Positions 52,258 through 61,890 of a stretch of 64,000 nucleotides of DNA are shown piece by piece. The first letter of the stretch is position 1; every line of letters starts with the position of its first letter. This DNA comes from a virus (Duplodnaviria > Caudoviricetes): positions 11,007 to 75,006 of the IMG/VR virus record IMGVR_UViG_3300037400_001189, one strand, 5' to 3'. The position numbers and the translations under genes are program-made. Under the pieces are notes generated by a model, which was not told where the DNA came from, made no database searches, and saw only the letters and a program-made list of their open reading frames with translations.

Positions 52258-53667
52258 ATGCCCTTTGACGGAATGAAATATAACAATGGCAACAGTGCTC
52301 CAGTAAGCACTATGTATCCTCAGCTTAATGATTTCTATTGGCAGAGAAAGTCCCTTATTGAACTCCAGAAGGAGACCTTCTTTGGTCAGCTTGCCGACAC
52401 TACTACAATGCCCAAGCATTTTGGCAAGACCATTAAGCTCTATCACTATCTTCCTCTCTTGGATGATAGGAACATTAACGACCAAGGCATCAATGCTGCA
52501 GGTTCATCTACCGGTACTGTCTACTACATTACTGCTGTAGTTGCTGCAGGCAAGAAGAATGCTGGTCGTCTTGTAAAGAAGTTTACCTCTACCGTTTCTG
52601 CTGCTGATGCTCAGAACAAGGCTATCAAGTGGGCTACTGAAGCTAGAATTACTAGCTCCACTACTTGGGCTAATGTTCAGGCTGATCTTGCTGCAGACAT
52701 CACTTTTACTGAATCTACTCTTTCCAAGGTTAATCCCGGCAACCTCTATGGTTCCAGCAGAGATATCGGTACTATTCCTTCCAAGCTTCCCACTCTTTCT
52801 GAAGATGGTGGCAGAGTCAACAGAGTTGGCTTTAGCCGTGTAACTTTGGAAGGCACTATCAACAACTTCGGTTTCTTTGACGAGTACACTCAGGAATCTC
52901 TTGACTTCGATACTGATGCTGAGCTTATGTCCCACATTACCCGTGAGACTACTAGAGCCATGAACCAGATGAACGAAGACATGATTCAAATGGATCTCAT
53001 CAATGGTGCAGGTGTTGTCTACTATGGTGGCACTGCTACCAAGAGAGCTGACATCTCCCCTGAAACTGGTACTGATTCCAAGCTGTCTCTTGACATCCTT
53101 TACAAGGTAGATGCCATTCTCAATGAGAATATGTGTCCCAAGGACACCAAGATCATCACCGGCTCCAGAATGATTGATACCAAGGTTGTTGGTGCTGCCA
53201 GATATGCCTTCATTGGTTCCGAGCTTAAGCCTGAACTTATGAAGCTTGGCAACGGCTTTGGTGGTCCTGCATTCATTCCTGTTCAGCAGTATGCTGCTGC
53301 AGGCACCATTGCTAATGGTGAGATTGGTGCTATTGGCAACTTCCGCTTCATTGAGAACCCCAACATGATGCACTGGGAGGGTGCTGGTGCTGCAGTCACT
53401 ACTAACCCCGGCTATAGAGCTACTGGCGGCAAGTATGACGTATTCCCAATTCTTATCGTAGGTTCTGGTTCTTTCACTACCATTGGCTTCCAGACCAGTG
53501 GTCAGGGTTCCAAGTTCAAGATCCTTCATAAGGCTCCCGGTGAAGCTATGGCTACCTACAATGATCCTTATGGCAAGACTGGCTTCTATTCCATCCAGTG
53601 GTGGTATGGCAGTATGGTTCTTCGTCCTGAATGGATTGCCTGCATTCAGGTAGCTGCTCCTTACTAG
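52258..53667 (+). CDS. Major capsid protein (N4 gp56-like) with an insertion
   Basis: MPKHFGKTIKLYHYLPLLDDRNINDQG, GNLYGSSRDIG, LSEDGGRVNRVG and DPYGKTGF motifs. Confidence 0.95.
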   Translation: MPFDGMKYNNGNSAPVSTMYPQLNDFYWQRKSLIELQKETFFGQLADTTTMPKHFGKTIKLYHYLPLLDDRNINDQGINAAGSSTGTVYYITAVVAAGKKNAGRLVKKFTSTVSAADAQNKAIKWATEARITSSTTWANVQADLAADITFTESTLSKVNPGNLYGSSRDIGTIPSKLPTLSEDGGRVNRVGFSRVTLEGTINNFGFFDEYTQESLDFDTDAELMSHITRETTRAMNQMNEDMIQMDLINGAGVVYYGGTATKRADISPETGTDSKLSLDILYKVDAILNENMCPKDTKIITGSRMIDTKVVGAARYAFIGSELKPELMKLGNGFGGPAFIPVQQYAAAGTIANGEIGAIGNFRFIENPNMMHWEGAGAAVTTNPGYRATGGKYDVFPILIVGSGSFTTIGFQTSGQGSKFKILHKAPGEAMATYNDPYGKTGFYSIQWWYGSMVLRPEWIACIQVAAPY

Positions 53668-53706
53668 TTCATTATCCATAACCCTATACAAATCTGACTA
53701 AACCAT

Positions 53707-53732
53707 AGGGGAGGGGTATACGCTCCTCCCCT
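53707..53732 (+). terminator. Terminator after the capsid gene
   Basis: AGGGGAGGGG/CTCCTCCCCT stem followed by TCTTT. Confidence 0.7.
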
Positions 53733-53753
53733 TCTTTATAAGAGGAAGAAGAC

Positions 53754-54203
53754 ATGGCAAAAGAAGAAACGACTAATACTGAGACCAGCACGTCTAAGCC
53801 ATCTGCACTTGACATTCTTGAAAGCTACGAGAAGGAGCAGAAGGCTAAGGCATTGGAAGATGCCAACAAGCTTGTTCGTGTAAGAATCACATGCAACAAT
53901 CCAAACAAGACTAACTATACTTCTGAAATCTTCTGTGTAAGAAACGACAAGGTAGCAGAGATTAAGAAGGCAGTTCCATTTGGCGTTGCATGGCATGTAC
54001 CTAGGATGCTTCTCAACATGATTGAAGAAAAGCAGTTCCAGAAGTTTGAGAAGAAAAGAGTAAACGGCAATCAGATAACTACTACCAAGCTTATGCCTGA
54101 ATATACCGTTGAATATCTTCCTCCCCTTACTGAAGAAGAATTTGAAGCTATTAGACAGAAGCAGTTAGCTGAAGGTCTGAATGGAGATACTCTTTATGAG
54201 TAA
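53754..54203 (+). CDS. N4 gp55-like protein
   Basis: LVRVRITCNNP and VPFGVAWHVP...LPPLTEEE motifs; synteny. Confidence 0.75.
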   Translation: MAKEETTNTETSTSKPSALDILESYEKEQKAKALEDANKLVRVRITCNNPNKTNYTSEIFCVRNDKVAEIKKAVPFGVAWHVPRMLLNMIEEKQFQKFEKKRVNGNQITTTKLMPEYTVEYLPPLTEEEFEAIRQKQLAEGLNGDTLYE

Positions 54204-55689
54204 CGATATCGAAGAAGGTCAGAAATCAATCAAAGAAGTAGTAGATTCTGAACTTGTATCCCAGTATGAAGAGGATGCTACCGGCAAGGTAACGTCCAAC
54301 GTACATGTAGATAAAGAATACATTTCAGACAAGTATGACGTAGACAGCGATCTGCTTCCTGATGATATGCTTGATCTGAATTTTCAGATTCCAGATATAG
54401 AAAAGCTGTCTAAGATAGACATTACCGAATTTACAAAGAACGTATACATGGATTCCACTACGTTCGATGTAACTGGTGACGGCATGTTCGATGACTTGAT
54501 GGAAACTGCATCAACTCATCTTATTGCACAGTTTGAAGCAGGAAGAATTCATGGAGAAGAGTATGCTACTGCTTACGTTGATATCTATAAAGCTACTCTT
54601 CAAATTCTTACCAATGCATGGGTAGCAAAAGCTCAGGCAGCTGCACAGGCTGTACAGGCTCTCAGTCAGGCACATTTAGCCAAGGCACAGGCTCTTAAAG
54701 CCTATATAGAAGCCAAGTATGCCATTCCTATGGCTAAGGCACAGCTTTATCTTGTACAGGCTCAAGGCGAGGCTCAGAAGAACCAAGCTCAGGTGTATGC
54801 TGGACAGCTTAACAAGCTTGCTGCAGAGATTAAGCTTATTACTGCACAGACTGCTGTACAGGTTAAGGAAATTGACAGAGTTACTGCAGTTATTGGTCTT
54901 ACCAATGCTCAGACTGCTACAGAGCTTAAAAAGCCTGACAATGTAGAAGCCCAGACTAACCATGTTAATGCACAAACAGATTTGACTGAAGCTCAAACCG
55001 TTACAGAGTCTAAGAAGCCTGCAAACGTAGAAGCTCAAACTGAACATGTAGAAGCTCAAACTGCCAACGTAGAAGCGCAGACAGTTACTGAACAGAAGAA
55101 GCCTGCCAACGTACAGGCACAGACAGATCACATTATTGCACAGACAGGACAGGTAGAAGCTCAGACGGAGCTTACTGAAGCTCAGACTGAAACTGAAGAA
55201 AAGAAACCTGCCAATGTTCAGGCTCAGACTGCTCTTGTTACTGCACAGTCTGTCACTGAATCCAAGAAGCCTGCAAATGTTGAAGCACAGACTGCATACC
55301 TGCTTGCTCAGGCTGAAACTGAAGCTCAGAGAATTCAGCTTATGATAGAGCAGGTTAAGCTCTTGAGAGAACAGGTAAAGACTCAAACTCAGCAGATTGA
55401 AACTGAAAAAGCTAAGGCTAAGCTCTATATGAGACAGATTGAAGGCTTTGATGAAAACTTCAAGGAAAAGATGCTGAAGATCATGATAGATGGCTTTACT
55501 GTCGTATATTCTGTAGCTAAGGATGCCTTTAGCGGTGCATTGCCTGAACCTGTTACAGTAGACGGCATCAATGCAATCTACCGTGCATACATGAAGAGAG
55601 AATTTGACTTGCCTGACACTGTATCTCAGTCTGCAGACAATGAGGGAGGCAATGCAATCTCTGGATTGAACCATCCTAGACTAGAATAG
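54181..55689 (+). CDS. Virion structural protein (N4 gp54-like) with expanded AQT heptad repeats
   Basis: GDGMFDDLM...QFEAGRIHGEEYA motif; internal KKPxNVxAQT repeats; YMRQIEGF. Confidence 0.8.
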   Translation: MEILFMSNDIEEGQKSIKEVVDSELVSQYEEDATGKVTSNVHVDKEYISDKYDVDSDLLPDDMLDLNFQIPDIEKLSKIDITEFTKNVYMDSTTFDVTGDGMFDDLMETASTHLIAQFEAGRIHGEEYATAYVDIYKATLQILTNAWVAKAQAAAQAVQALSQAHLAKAQALKAYIEAKYAIPMAKAQLYLVQAQGEAQKNQAQVYAGQLNKLAAEIKLITAQTAVQVKEIDRVTAVIGLTNAQTATELKKPDNVEAQTNHVNAQTDLTEAQTVTESKKPANVEAQTEHVEAQTANVEAQTVTEQKKPANVQAQTDHIIAQTGQVEAQTELTEAQTETEEKKPANVQAQTALVTAQSVTESKKPANVEAQTAYLLAQAETEAQRIQLMIEQVKLLREQVKTQTQQIETEKAKAKLYMRQIEGFDENFKEKMLKIMIDGFTVVYSVAKDAFSGALPEPVTVDGINAIYRAYMKREFDLPDTVSQSADNEGGNAISGLNHPRLE

Positions 55690-55697
55690 GAGCATAT

Positions 55698-56192
55698 ATG
55701 ATTAAATACCTGTATCGAGGACATGAATACTCGGTAGAGGGATGTTCAAAAGAAGAAGTACCCTCTCATTTAGAGAGGGTACTTGTTTATTATGAACATA
55801 CTGATGCCGGAGTAAAATTTCAAACTAAGCTGCTAGAAAAGTGCATAGACAATAATACTGCTTGGCAAATAAAAGATAATGAAGGAAACAGCCAAGGACA
55901 GATGTACTTCATGCCTCATGGCAAGCATGAAATGAATGCTCATCATCTATGGTTTCAGAACAAAAGAGTATTTGCCATGATGGCTCACTATCTTATGTAC
56001 CATACTGATTGCGAGACTATCTACTATATGCCTCATCAAAGAAAGGTATTGCCTTTTAAGTTTCTAATGTCTGAAGACAATGCCAAGAGATTCTATAACA
56101 GTGAAGATCCTCTTATTATCCCTATCTACACTACTCCTAATTTAAAAATGGTAGAAAAATACTTTATCAATGAAGGCATAGAGGAAATCTAA
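55698..56192 (+). CDS. Hypothetical protein in the virion module
   Basis: 164-aa ORF with AGGAG RBS. Confidence 0.7.
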   Translation: MIKYLYRGHEYSVEGCSKEEVPSHLERVLVYYEHTDAGVKFQTKLLEKCIDNNTAWQIKDNEGNSQGQMYFMPHGKHEMNAHHLWFQNKRVFAMMAHYLMYHTDCETIYYMPHQRKVLPFKFLMSEDNAKRFYNSEDPLIIPIYTTPNLKMVEKYFINEGIEEI

Positions 56193-58948
56193 TGGGTGGA
56201 TTTATAAGCGGTGTAATAGGCTTCTTTAGTGCTATTATTACTTCTGTAGTAAACATAGTTAAAGCTCTGTTTACTCTTAACTTTATGGCTCTATTATTTG
56301 AGCCTCTTAGACCTATTTGCTATCTGCTAGGTATTGTAGATAGAGATATAACCAACGGTTCTGCCAGTTTAGTGAAGGTATTTCACAAGAGTGAATTTCC
56401 AGATACCAGAGTTAGACTGATTTCTGAAAAAGCTAGAAATGATTCTGATCTTCCTGACATGTACTGGGGATATTCCTATACTGGACAGAATCAGTATGAC
56501 AAGTATTTCTACTATGCACAGTCTAATTTTATGGATCATCTACCTGAAGGCCACATTGGTTCTTCAGGTATAGATGCCAAAGTAGTAGTGAATGCTCTTA
56601 AAGATGATCTAGGATTAAGCAAGGTCTACATAGATTCCATAGACTACGGCATACCAAGTAACTATGTATGGGCTCAATGGTATCTGCAGGAGCATAATGG
56701 TTATAAGTATGCTTCTAATACTGTTATTATCAATGATATAGTTTATGAAGTAGTAAATGCTGTCTATGATATGGATAGAAACAAGATAGTAGCTTATCTT
56801 ACAGCTGTATCTTCTATTAGAATAGTCGTAGTTGACAGAACCATAGTTACCATAGAACCTTTAGATAGTATTTATGATAAAAAGACTACTGTAATTAAAA
56901 GAGAAACTACCAAGTATACTGAAGGCTATGAAATAATAAGCTTTACTTCATCTACTATATCTACTGCTGTTTCAAATATTCCTAAAGATTCAGAAGAAAA
57001 TTCAGAAACTGTAGTTACTGTATCTGAAACTGAAGAGCATCCTAGCAATCCTAACATTACTTTAGATATTGATCCTCCTCAGCATGTTAACTTTTATCAA
57101 GTAACGTATGCTGAAGTAGGTACAAGCGATGGCAATAAGCTATGGCTATGCTCAATTACAGATCCTAGATACAATCTTAGCAATCCTGATAAGCGCATAG
57201 AACAGGCTATAGATCTTTTTCCTATAGTAGCATTAAGGAATTCTAAAGTAGATGTAAGAGATGCAGAGAATAATAATGACTGTACTGCAAGCTTTAGAAG
57301 ACCGGGCAGATATGCTCAGTCAAAGGAAATGCTTCAGCAGATAGGAATACCCATAGACAAACTTATAGATGAATATAGAAAGAATGATTCTATCAATGAT
57401 GTCTATGATGTATTCTTTGTAGTAGGCATTAGCCCTAAGCAGACTATGGATGACCATGATGAAGATCCACAGGGAAATGATTTCTCTAGGCAATGTGTAG
57501 GAAGACTTCTTTATGAGACTGTAGACTATGTATATAGATGTCTTCCATGCGTTCAAGCTGGACAAACCTACTATGTTACTTTCTCTGAAGATCCTTTTAG
57601 AGGAGGCGTATATTGGGGAGGAGTACCTCCTGTAAGAAAGCAGGGAAAAGTATGTAATCTTTACGATGTAGTAATGGATATGGGTACTGTTAAACTATCT
57701 AAAGTAAAAGTTAAAAAGATAGACAGGCTTGTACGAACTGAAAACTACTACTCAGATTCTGATTACTACTATAGCAGCTATAATCAGAGAAAAAGATACA
57801 TCTATCATTATAGCCAGTATGATGTACAGGTAGAAGAAAAAGTTACTGGAAAGGCTATAAGCGATGCTCTTAATGGTGTAGATTCTTCTGGTGGAGGAGA
57901 AATTGGTCTTCTTGAAGAACTAGCTTCTTTACCTGTTTATAGGGTAGATCCAGTATCTACATACGACTATTACAGTGGTGATGATAATAACAGTGGATCT
58001 TCATATTCCTCTATAAATCTTGATGTAAATGACAATAGCACTGAATTAAGCAGAGTATATCTAAGTGATACAGTAACTATTGATTCTCTTACATTAGATT
58101 ATCAGATAGCTATGTCTGAATATCGTAGGATAGTTCTTAGAGACATGCATTCTCTTGCATTTACTGATGAAGTAGATCAAGGACTTGTTTCTGTAAGCAA
58201 GGTATCTGAATCAGGATTCTTTATGCCGTTAGCTGTCAAGTCTCTGGAACAGCTTAATCTATATGACAAGAACAAGCTTGTAAGTGAAGCCTTCTACATG
58301 ATGTTCTTTGCCAAGAAAACTCAGCATCTAGAATTCTATCAGACTCCTGAATTTGCTACATTCATTAAGATTATAGGCATCTGCATTATTGTCATTGTGC
58401 AGATATTTACTTGGTGGTCTGGTCCTTCTACATCTCTTACTCTTACTGCTGTACTTATGGCAGTATTGAAGATGATAGTCATAGCTGTAGCTCTTACTTT
58501 AGCTATTCATCTTATTCAGACATTTGTTAAGGATCCTATGCTTAAGATGGCTCTTACTGCAGCAGCTATGGTAGCTGCAATGTATGCAGGAGGAGGGTTT
58601 GACAACTTTGATTTCTCTTCTGTTATACAGCTAGTAGAGATTCCTTGCAAAATAGCTGAAATGTATGTAGGAGACCAGATGAAGGCTCTGCAACAGGATT
58701 ACAATGAATTCCAGCAAGGAGCAGAGCGTAGCATGCAGGAGATGAAAGAGAAGAAAGCTGCACTAGATACTGGCATGGAGACTGAAGATATAGTGCAGCT
58801 GCAAAGTGTCACTAGGATGGCAGGACTATCCAATATAAGCGTAGATAGTTATTTCTTCTTAGCAAAAAATATTTCTCCAGTTGACTATGTATATGATCAG
58901 TATAGTCAGCTGTATGACTATGATTCTAAATTTGATTTAGCTTTTTAG
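56192..58948 (+). CDS. Large virion/tail protein (N4 gp53-like) with hydrophobic N- and C-terminal helices
   Basis: LFPIVALR, FFMPL and EFYQTPEF motifs, followed by TM-like helices; synteny. Confidence 0.7.
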   Translation: MGGFISGVIGFFSAIITSVVNIVKALFTLNFMALLFEPLRPICYLLGIVDRDITNGSASLVKVFHKSEFPDTRVRLISEKARNDSDLPDMYWGYSYTGQNQYDKYFYYAQSNFMDHLPEGHIGSSGIDAKVVVNALKDDLGLSKVYIDSIDYGIPSNYVWAQWYLQEHNGYKYASNTVIINDIVYEVVNAVYDMDRNKIVAYLTAVSSIRIVVVDRTIVTIEPLDSIYDKKTTVIKRETTKYTEGYEIISFTSSTISTAVSNIPKDSEENSETVVTVSETEEHPSNPNITLDIDPPQHVNFYQVTYAEVGTSDGNKLWLCSITDPRYNLSNPDKRIEQAIDLFPIVALRNSKVDVRDAENNNDCTASFRRPGRYAQSKEMLQQIGIPIDKLIDEYRKNDSINDVYDVFFVVGISPKQTMDDHDEDPQGNDFSRQCVGRLLYETVDYVYRCLPCVQAGQTYYVTFSEDPFRGGVYWGGVPPVRKQGKVCNLYDVVMDMGTVKLSKVKVKKIDRLVRTENYYSDSDYYYSSYNQRKRYIYHYSQYDVQVEEKVTGKAISDALNGVDSSGGGEIGLLEELASLPVYRVDPVSTYDYYSGDDNNSGSSYSSINLDVNDNSTELSRVYLSDTVTIDSLTLDYQIAMSEYRRIVLRDMHSLAFTDEVDQGLVSVSKVSESGFFMPLAVKSLEQLNLYDKNKLVSEAFYMMFFAKKTQHLEFYQTPEFATFIKIIGICIIVIVQIFTWWSGPSTSLTLTAVLMAVLKMIVIAVALTLAIHLIQTFVKDPMLKMALTAAAMVAAMYAGGGFDNFDFSSVIQLVEIPCKIAEMYVGDQMKALQQDYNEFQQGAERSMQEMKEKKAALDTGMETEDIVQLQSVTRMAGLSNISVDSYFFLAKNISPVDYVYDQYSQLYDYDSKFDLAF

Positions 58949-58960
58949 CAGGAGATAAAT

Positions 58961-59428
58961 ATGGCTCAGCAATATGGTCCATTAGATGATGAATTTGAAT
59001 ATCCTTGGTTAAACCCTAGTGCTTCAGGTTCAACTCAAAGCGGTGTACTAGGCACTCCTAATGTATCTTGGGATGGAACTAACTTTACTAGAAATGACAT
59101 GGGACTAGGTGGCAATAGCTGGTTTGGCAAGTCAGGCATTCTTCCTACTGCCTTTCAAGGTCTCAGTGCTCTAGGTGGCCTTATGCAGGCATATACAGGT
59201 TTCAAGGGACTGCAGCTTGCTAAAGAACAGCTGCAAAATTCTGTAGATGCATTTCGTACCCAGTTTGATGCCAATAAAACTTCTCTTGCCAATCAAGGCA
59301 GAAATGCTTCTGCTACCAACTATGCAATGCATAACGGCTTAGCTAGATCCTTTAATCAGGATGAACAGAATCGAGTAGCTGATGCTGAATATGACAGAAT
59401 AAATAAAAGTTATAAGAGCTATGTATAA
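58961..59428 (+). CDS. Small ejection-type virion protein (N4 gp52-like)
   Basis: GLSALGGLMQAYTGFKGLQLAKEQL amphipathic segment; synteny. Confidence 0.65.
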   Translation: MAQQYGPLDDEFEYPWLNPSASGSTQSGVLGTPNVSWDGTNFTRNDMGLGGNSWFGKSGILPTAFQGLSALGGLMQAYTGFKGLQLAKEQLQNSVDAFRTQFDANKTSLANQGRNASATNYAMHNGLARSFNQDEQNRVADAEYDRINKSYKSYV

Positions 59429-59439
59429 GGTGATTTAAG

Positions 59440-61875
59440 ATGGCAGGATCTATATATGATAGAATGATGGCTACTCCTCAGTATGATTCCAATGCTGGGA
59501 CAAGTGCTCTAAATTCTGCAGCTAATGCATTTCAAGGTATGGCTAGTACCTTTAATACTATGAGGCAGTCCATTATTGATGAAGAGCAGAAGAATCTTCA
59601 GAGAGAAATGGAGAAGCAGCATCACAGAGAAGAGATGGACTATAAAGATAGATCTCTTGCTCAGGACTATAAGCAGCATTCTGAAAGACTAGATTTTGAT
59701 AGATTAAAGCATGCTGATGACATGTCTATGGAACAAAAGAAGCTAGACATGCAGTGGAGAATAGCTAATCTCCGTTCCTCTGGTGGAGGAGGTGGAGGTG
59801 GTGGAAGAAGTGGAGGAGGCAGAAAATCTGGTAAGTTTTCTGCAGAAGGAGCTCTTTTATCTAATATACAAAATTTATGGGGAAATCTAAGTAACGAAGA
59901 AAAGTCTGCTTCTACAGGTAATACTCAAAAACCATCTCAAGGTACTTCTCAGCCTTCTGTTACTGTTCAGAAACCTTCTGTTTCTGCTAATGAAAATAAA
60001 GGCAGTAATGCTGGTGGTAGTGATTCTACTGTTTTAGCAGATTCTAATGCTTCTAAACCTTCTGATGTTTCAGTTGGTCCTCTTTTTTCAAAAGATACTT
60101 TTGCTAGAAGAGCAGCTGCACTTATGGGTGAAGATTCACCTTCATTTACAAGCAAGCCTTCTACTGATGTCTCTATTCCTTTTAAAACTGATAGTCCTGC
60201 ATTATCAGAAGAACAGTCAAAAATAGAGGCTAATAGAGCTTTAGACTTTACTCCTTCTCGTCAAAAGCTACCTGATTTTGAATTACGTTCTTCTTTCATG
60301 GATAAACCTCGTACAGATGTTTCTATTCCTTTTGAGACTAATACTCCTGCATTATCTAATGCATTATCTAAAGAAGACCAAAAAGCAAAGATTGATTCTG
60401 AAATAGCTGATTATGCTTCTTCTCAAGCTCCTAGGATGCCTGATTTTGGTGTACCTACTTCAGGAACAGAAACTACTAGAATAAGTCCTATTACTGCTCT
60501 TCCTGTATATACACCGATGGATGAAGATCAATTAAGACAGGATAGAGCTCATTTCTTAGAAAACAATGGTTTATTAGAAAATAATAGAACTTATAGAATT
60601 GATGGACGTGATGTTTCTTCTGGTTCTGTTGCTGGTGTAAATCAGCAAATAAATGATTTCTCTCAGCTTTCAAGACAAGAGCAGTTAGAACAGCTTTCAA
60701 AGAATGGTTCTGGAAGAAGTGCTAATGATTTGAGAAAAGAACTAGATAGATTAGCATTTCCTTCTAAGGAAGAAACACCAAGCAGTGTATTAACCAGACC
60801 TGCTAACTCTTCTTCAAGTTCTGATCTTCCTGCTAAAGAAGCTCAGCTAGTGCAAGCAGGAGAACCTACTGAAAAAGATTTAAGAGAAGTTGGAACTAAT
60901 GCTAAGAAAATGGCTGATACTCTATATGAAATTGAAACAAAGGGTGGAAGTGTAACAGGAGTACGATCTGGTACTACTGCAATAAATTATGATCCTACTG
61001 TTATGCCTTCTGATGCAGATATATTTAATGCTGATTCATCTAAACTTATGAATGCTACTCCTACAGTAGCTAAACAGTTAATAAGTTCTCCTGTAGGATC
61101 TGGATTCTTAGAAGATCTAGAACTTAATTTAATTAAAAGAGATTCTCATGGTAATGTTGACCATAAAACAACTAACGCTAATATAGCTAATTATGTTGGT
61201 AGGTCTATTGTTGAAAAAAGTAAACAGGATAGATATAACCTTATGAAATTATGTTACTATTTAGCTAATAGACCAGAATATAAAAATAAAAGAATGGGTA
61301 CATATTTTAAGGCTGTAGGAGAAGTTTTACAGGATTCTTTTGATATAAATGTAGATACTGGTGATAATCGTTATTCTGATATTTTAACAGCTAAAGCTTA
61401 TAAAATGCTTGGTGGCACTGATAAGGAAATATACAAGAATAGAAGAGAAGCTGAAAAGTCTCTTAATGAAGAAAGAACTGCTATAGAAAAGAGACAAGGG
61501 TTAAGAGCTCCCGGTACAGTAACTAGTAAAGATTTAGATAGTCTAACTGGATTATCAAAACTAGATCATATTACTAGAGCTGATACTAAGAAAATACTAA
61601 ATGATCCATTTAGTAATCCTGTTGTAGCTAGATATTTATATCTAAAAGGTAAAGGTAAATTTACTAATAGAGATTTAAAGATAGCTTCTACAGCTTATAT
61701 TTATGCAATGATGGGTACATGGAATCGTGAAGCTGAAGATCGTGTATTCAAACGTCCAGATCAAGTCAGAAGATTTTTCTATGATGTTGCAGATAAAACA
61801 TCTTCTACCCATGAAGATTTTAAAAATGCTTTCTTAGATTTTGCTGAAATCTTAGAAAAGGGTGGAGCTATATAA
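59440..61875 (+). CDS. Ejection-type internal virion protein (N4 gp51 position)
   Basis: 811 aa; N-terminal coiled coil, Gly/Ser-rich linker; immediately upstream of the vRNAP gene. Confidence 0.65.
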   Translation: MAGSIYDRMMATPQYDSNAGTSALNSAANAFQGMASTFNTMRQSIIDEEQKNLQREMEKQHHREEMDYKDRSLAQDYKQHSERLDFDRLKHADDMSMEQKKLDMQWRIANLRSSGGGGGGGGRSGGGRKSGKFSAEGALLSNIQNLWGNLSNEEKSASTGNTQKPSQGTSQPSVTVQKPSVSANENKGSNAGGSDSTVLADSNASKPSDVSVGPLFSKDTFARRAAALMGEDSPSFTSKPSTDVSIPFKTDSPALSEEQSKIEANRALDFTPSRQKLPDFELRSSFMDKPRTDVSIPFETNTPALSNALSKEDQKAKIDSEIADYASSQAPRMPDFGVPTSGTETTRISPITALPVYTPMDEDQLRQDRAHFLENNGLLENNRTYRIDGRDVSSGSVAGVNQQINDFSQLSRQEQLEQLSKNGSGRSANDLRKELDRLAFPSKEETPSSVLTRPANSSSSSDLPAKEAQLVQAGEPTEKDLREVGTNAKKMADTLYEIETKGGSVTGVRSGTTAINYDPTVMPSDADIFNADSSKLMNATPTVAKQLISSPVGSGFLEDLELNLIKRDSHGNVDHKTTNANIANYVGRSIVEKSKQDRYNLMKLCYYLANRPEYKNKRMGTYFKAVGEVLQDSFDINVDTGDNRYSDILTAKAYKMLGGTDKEIYKNRREAEKSLNEERTAIEKRQGLRAPGTVTSKDLDSLTGLSKLDHITRADTKKILNDPFSNPVVARYLYLKGKGKFTNRDLKIASTAYIYAMMGTWNREAEDRVFKRPDQVRRFFYDVADKTSSTHEDFKNAFLDFAEILEKGGAI

Positions 61876-61890
61876 CTATTAGGAGTTTAT

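Noticed and set aside
52504-53691. 395-aa antisense ORF over the major capsid gene
   Set aside because: Shadow frame expected from strong codon bias in a highly expressed gene; no RBS or recognisable motifs.
54676-55674. 332-aa antisense Leu/Ser/Cys-rich ORF
   Set aside because: Mirror of the AQT repeat region; its composition is an artefact of the sense repeats.
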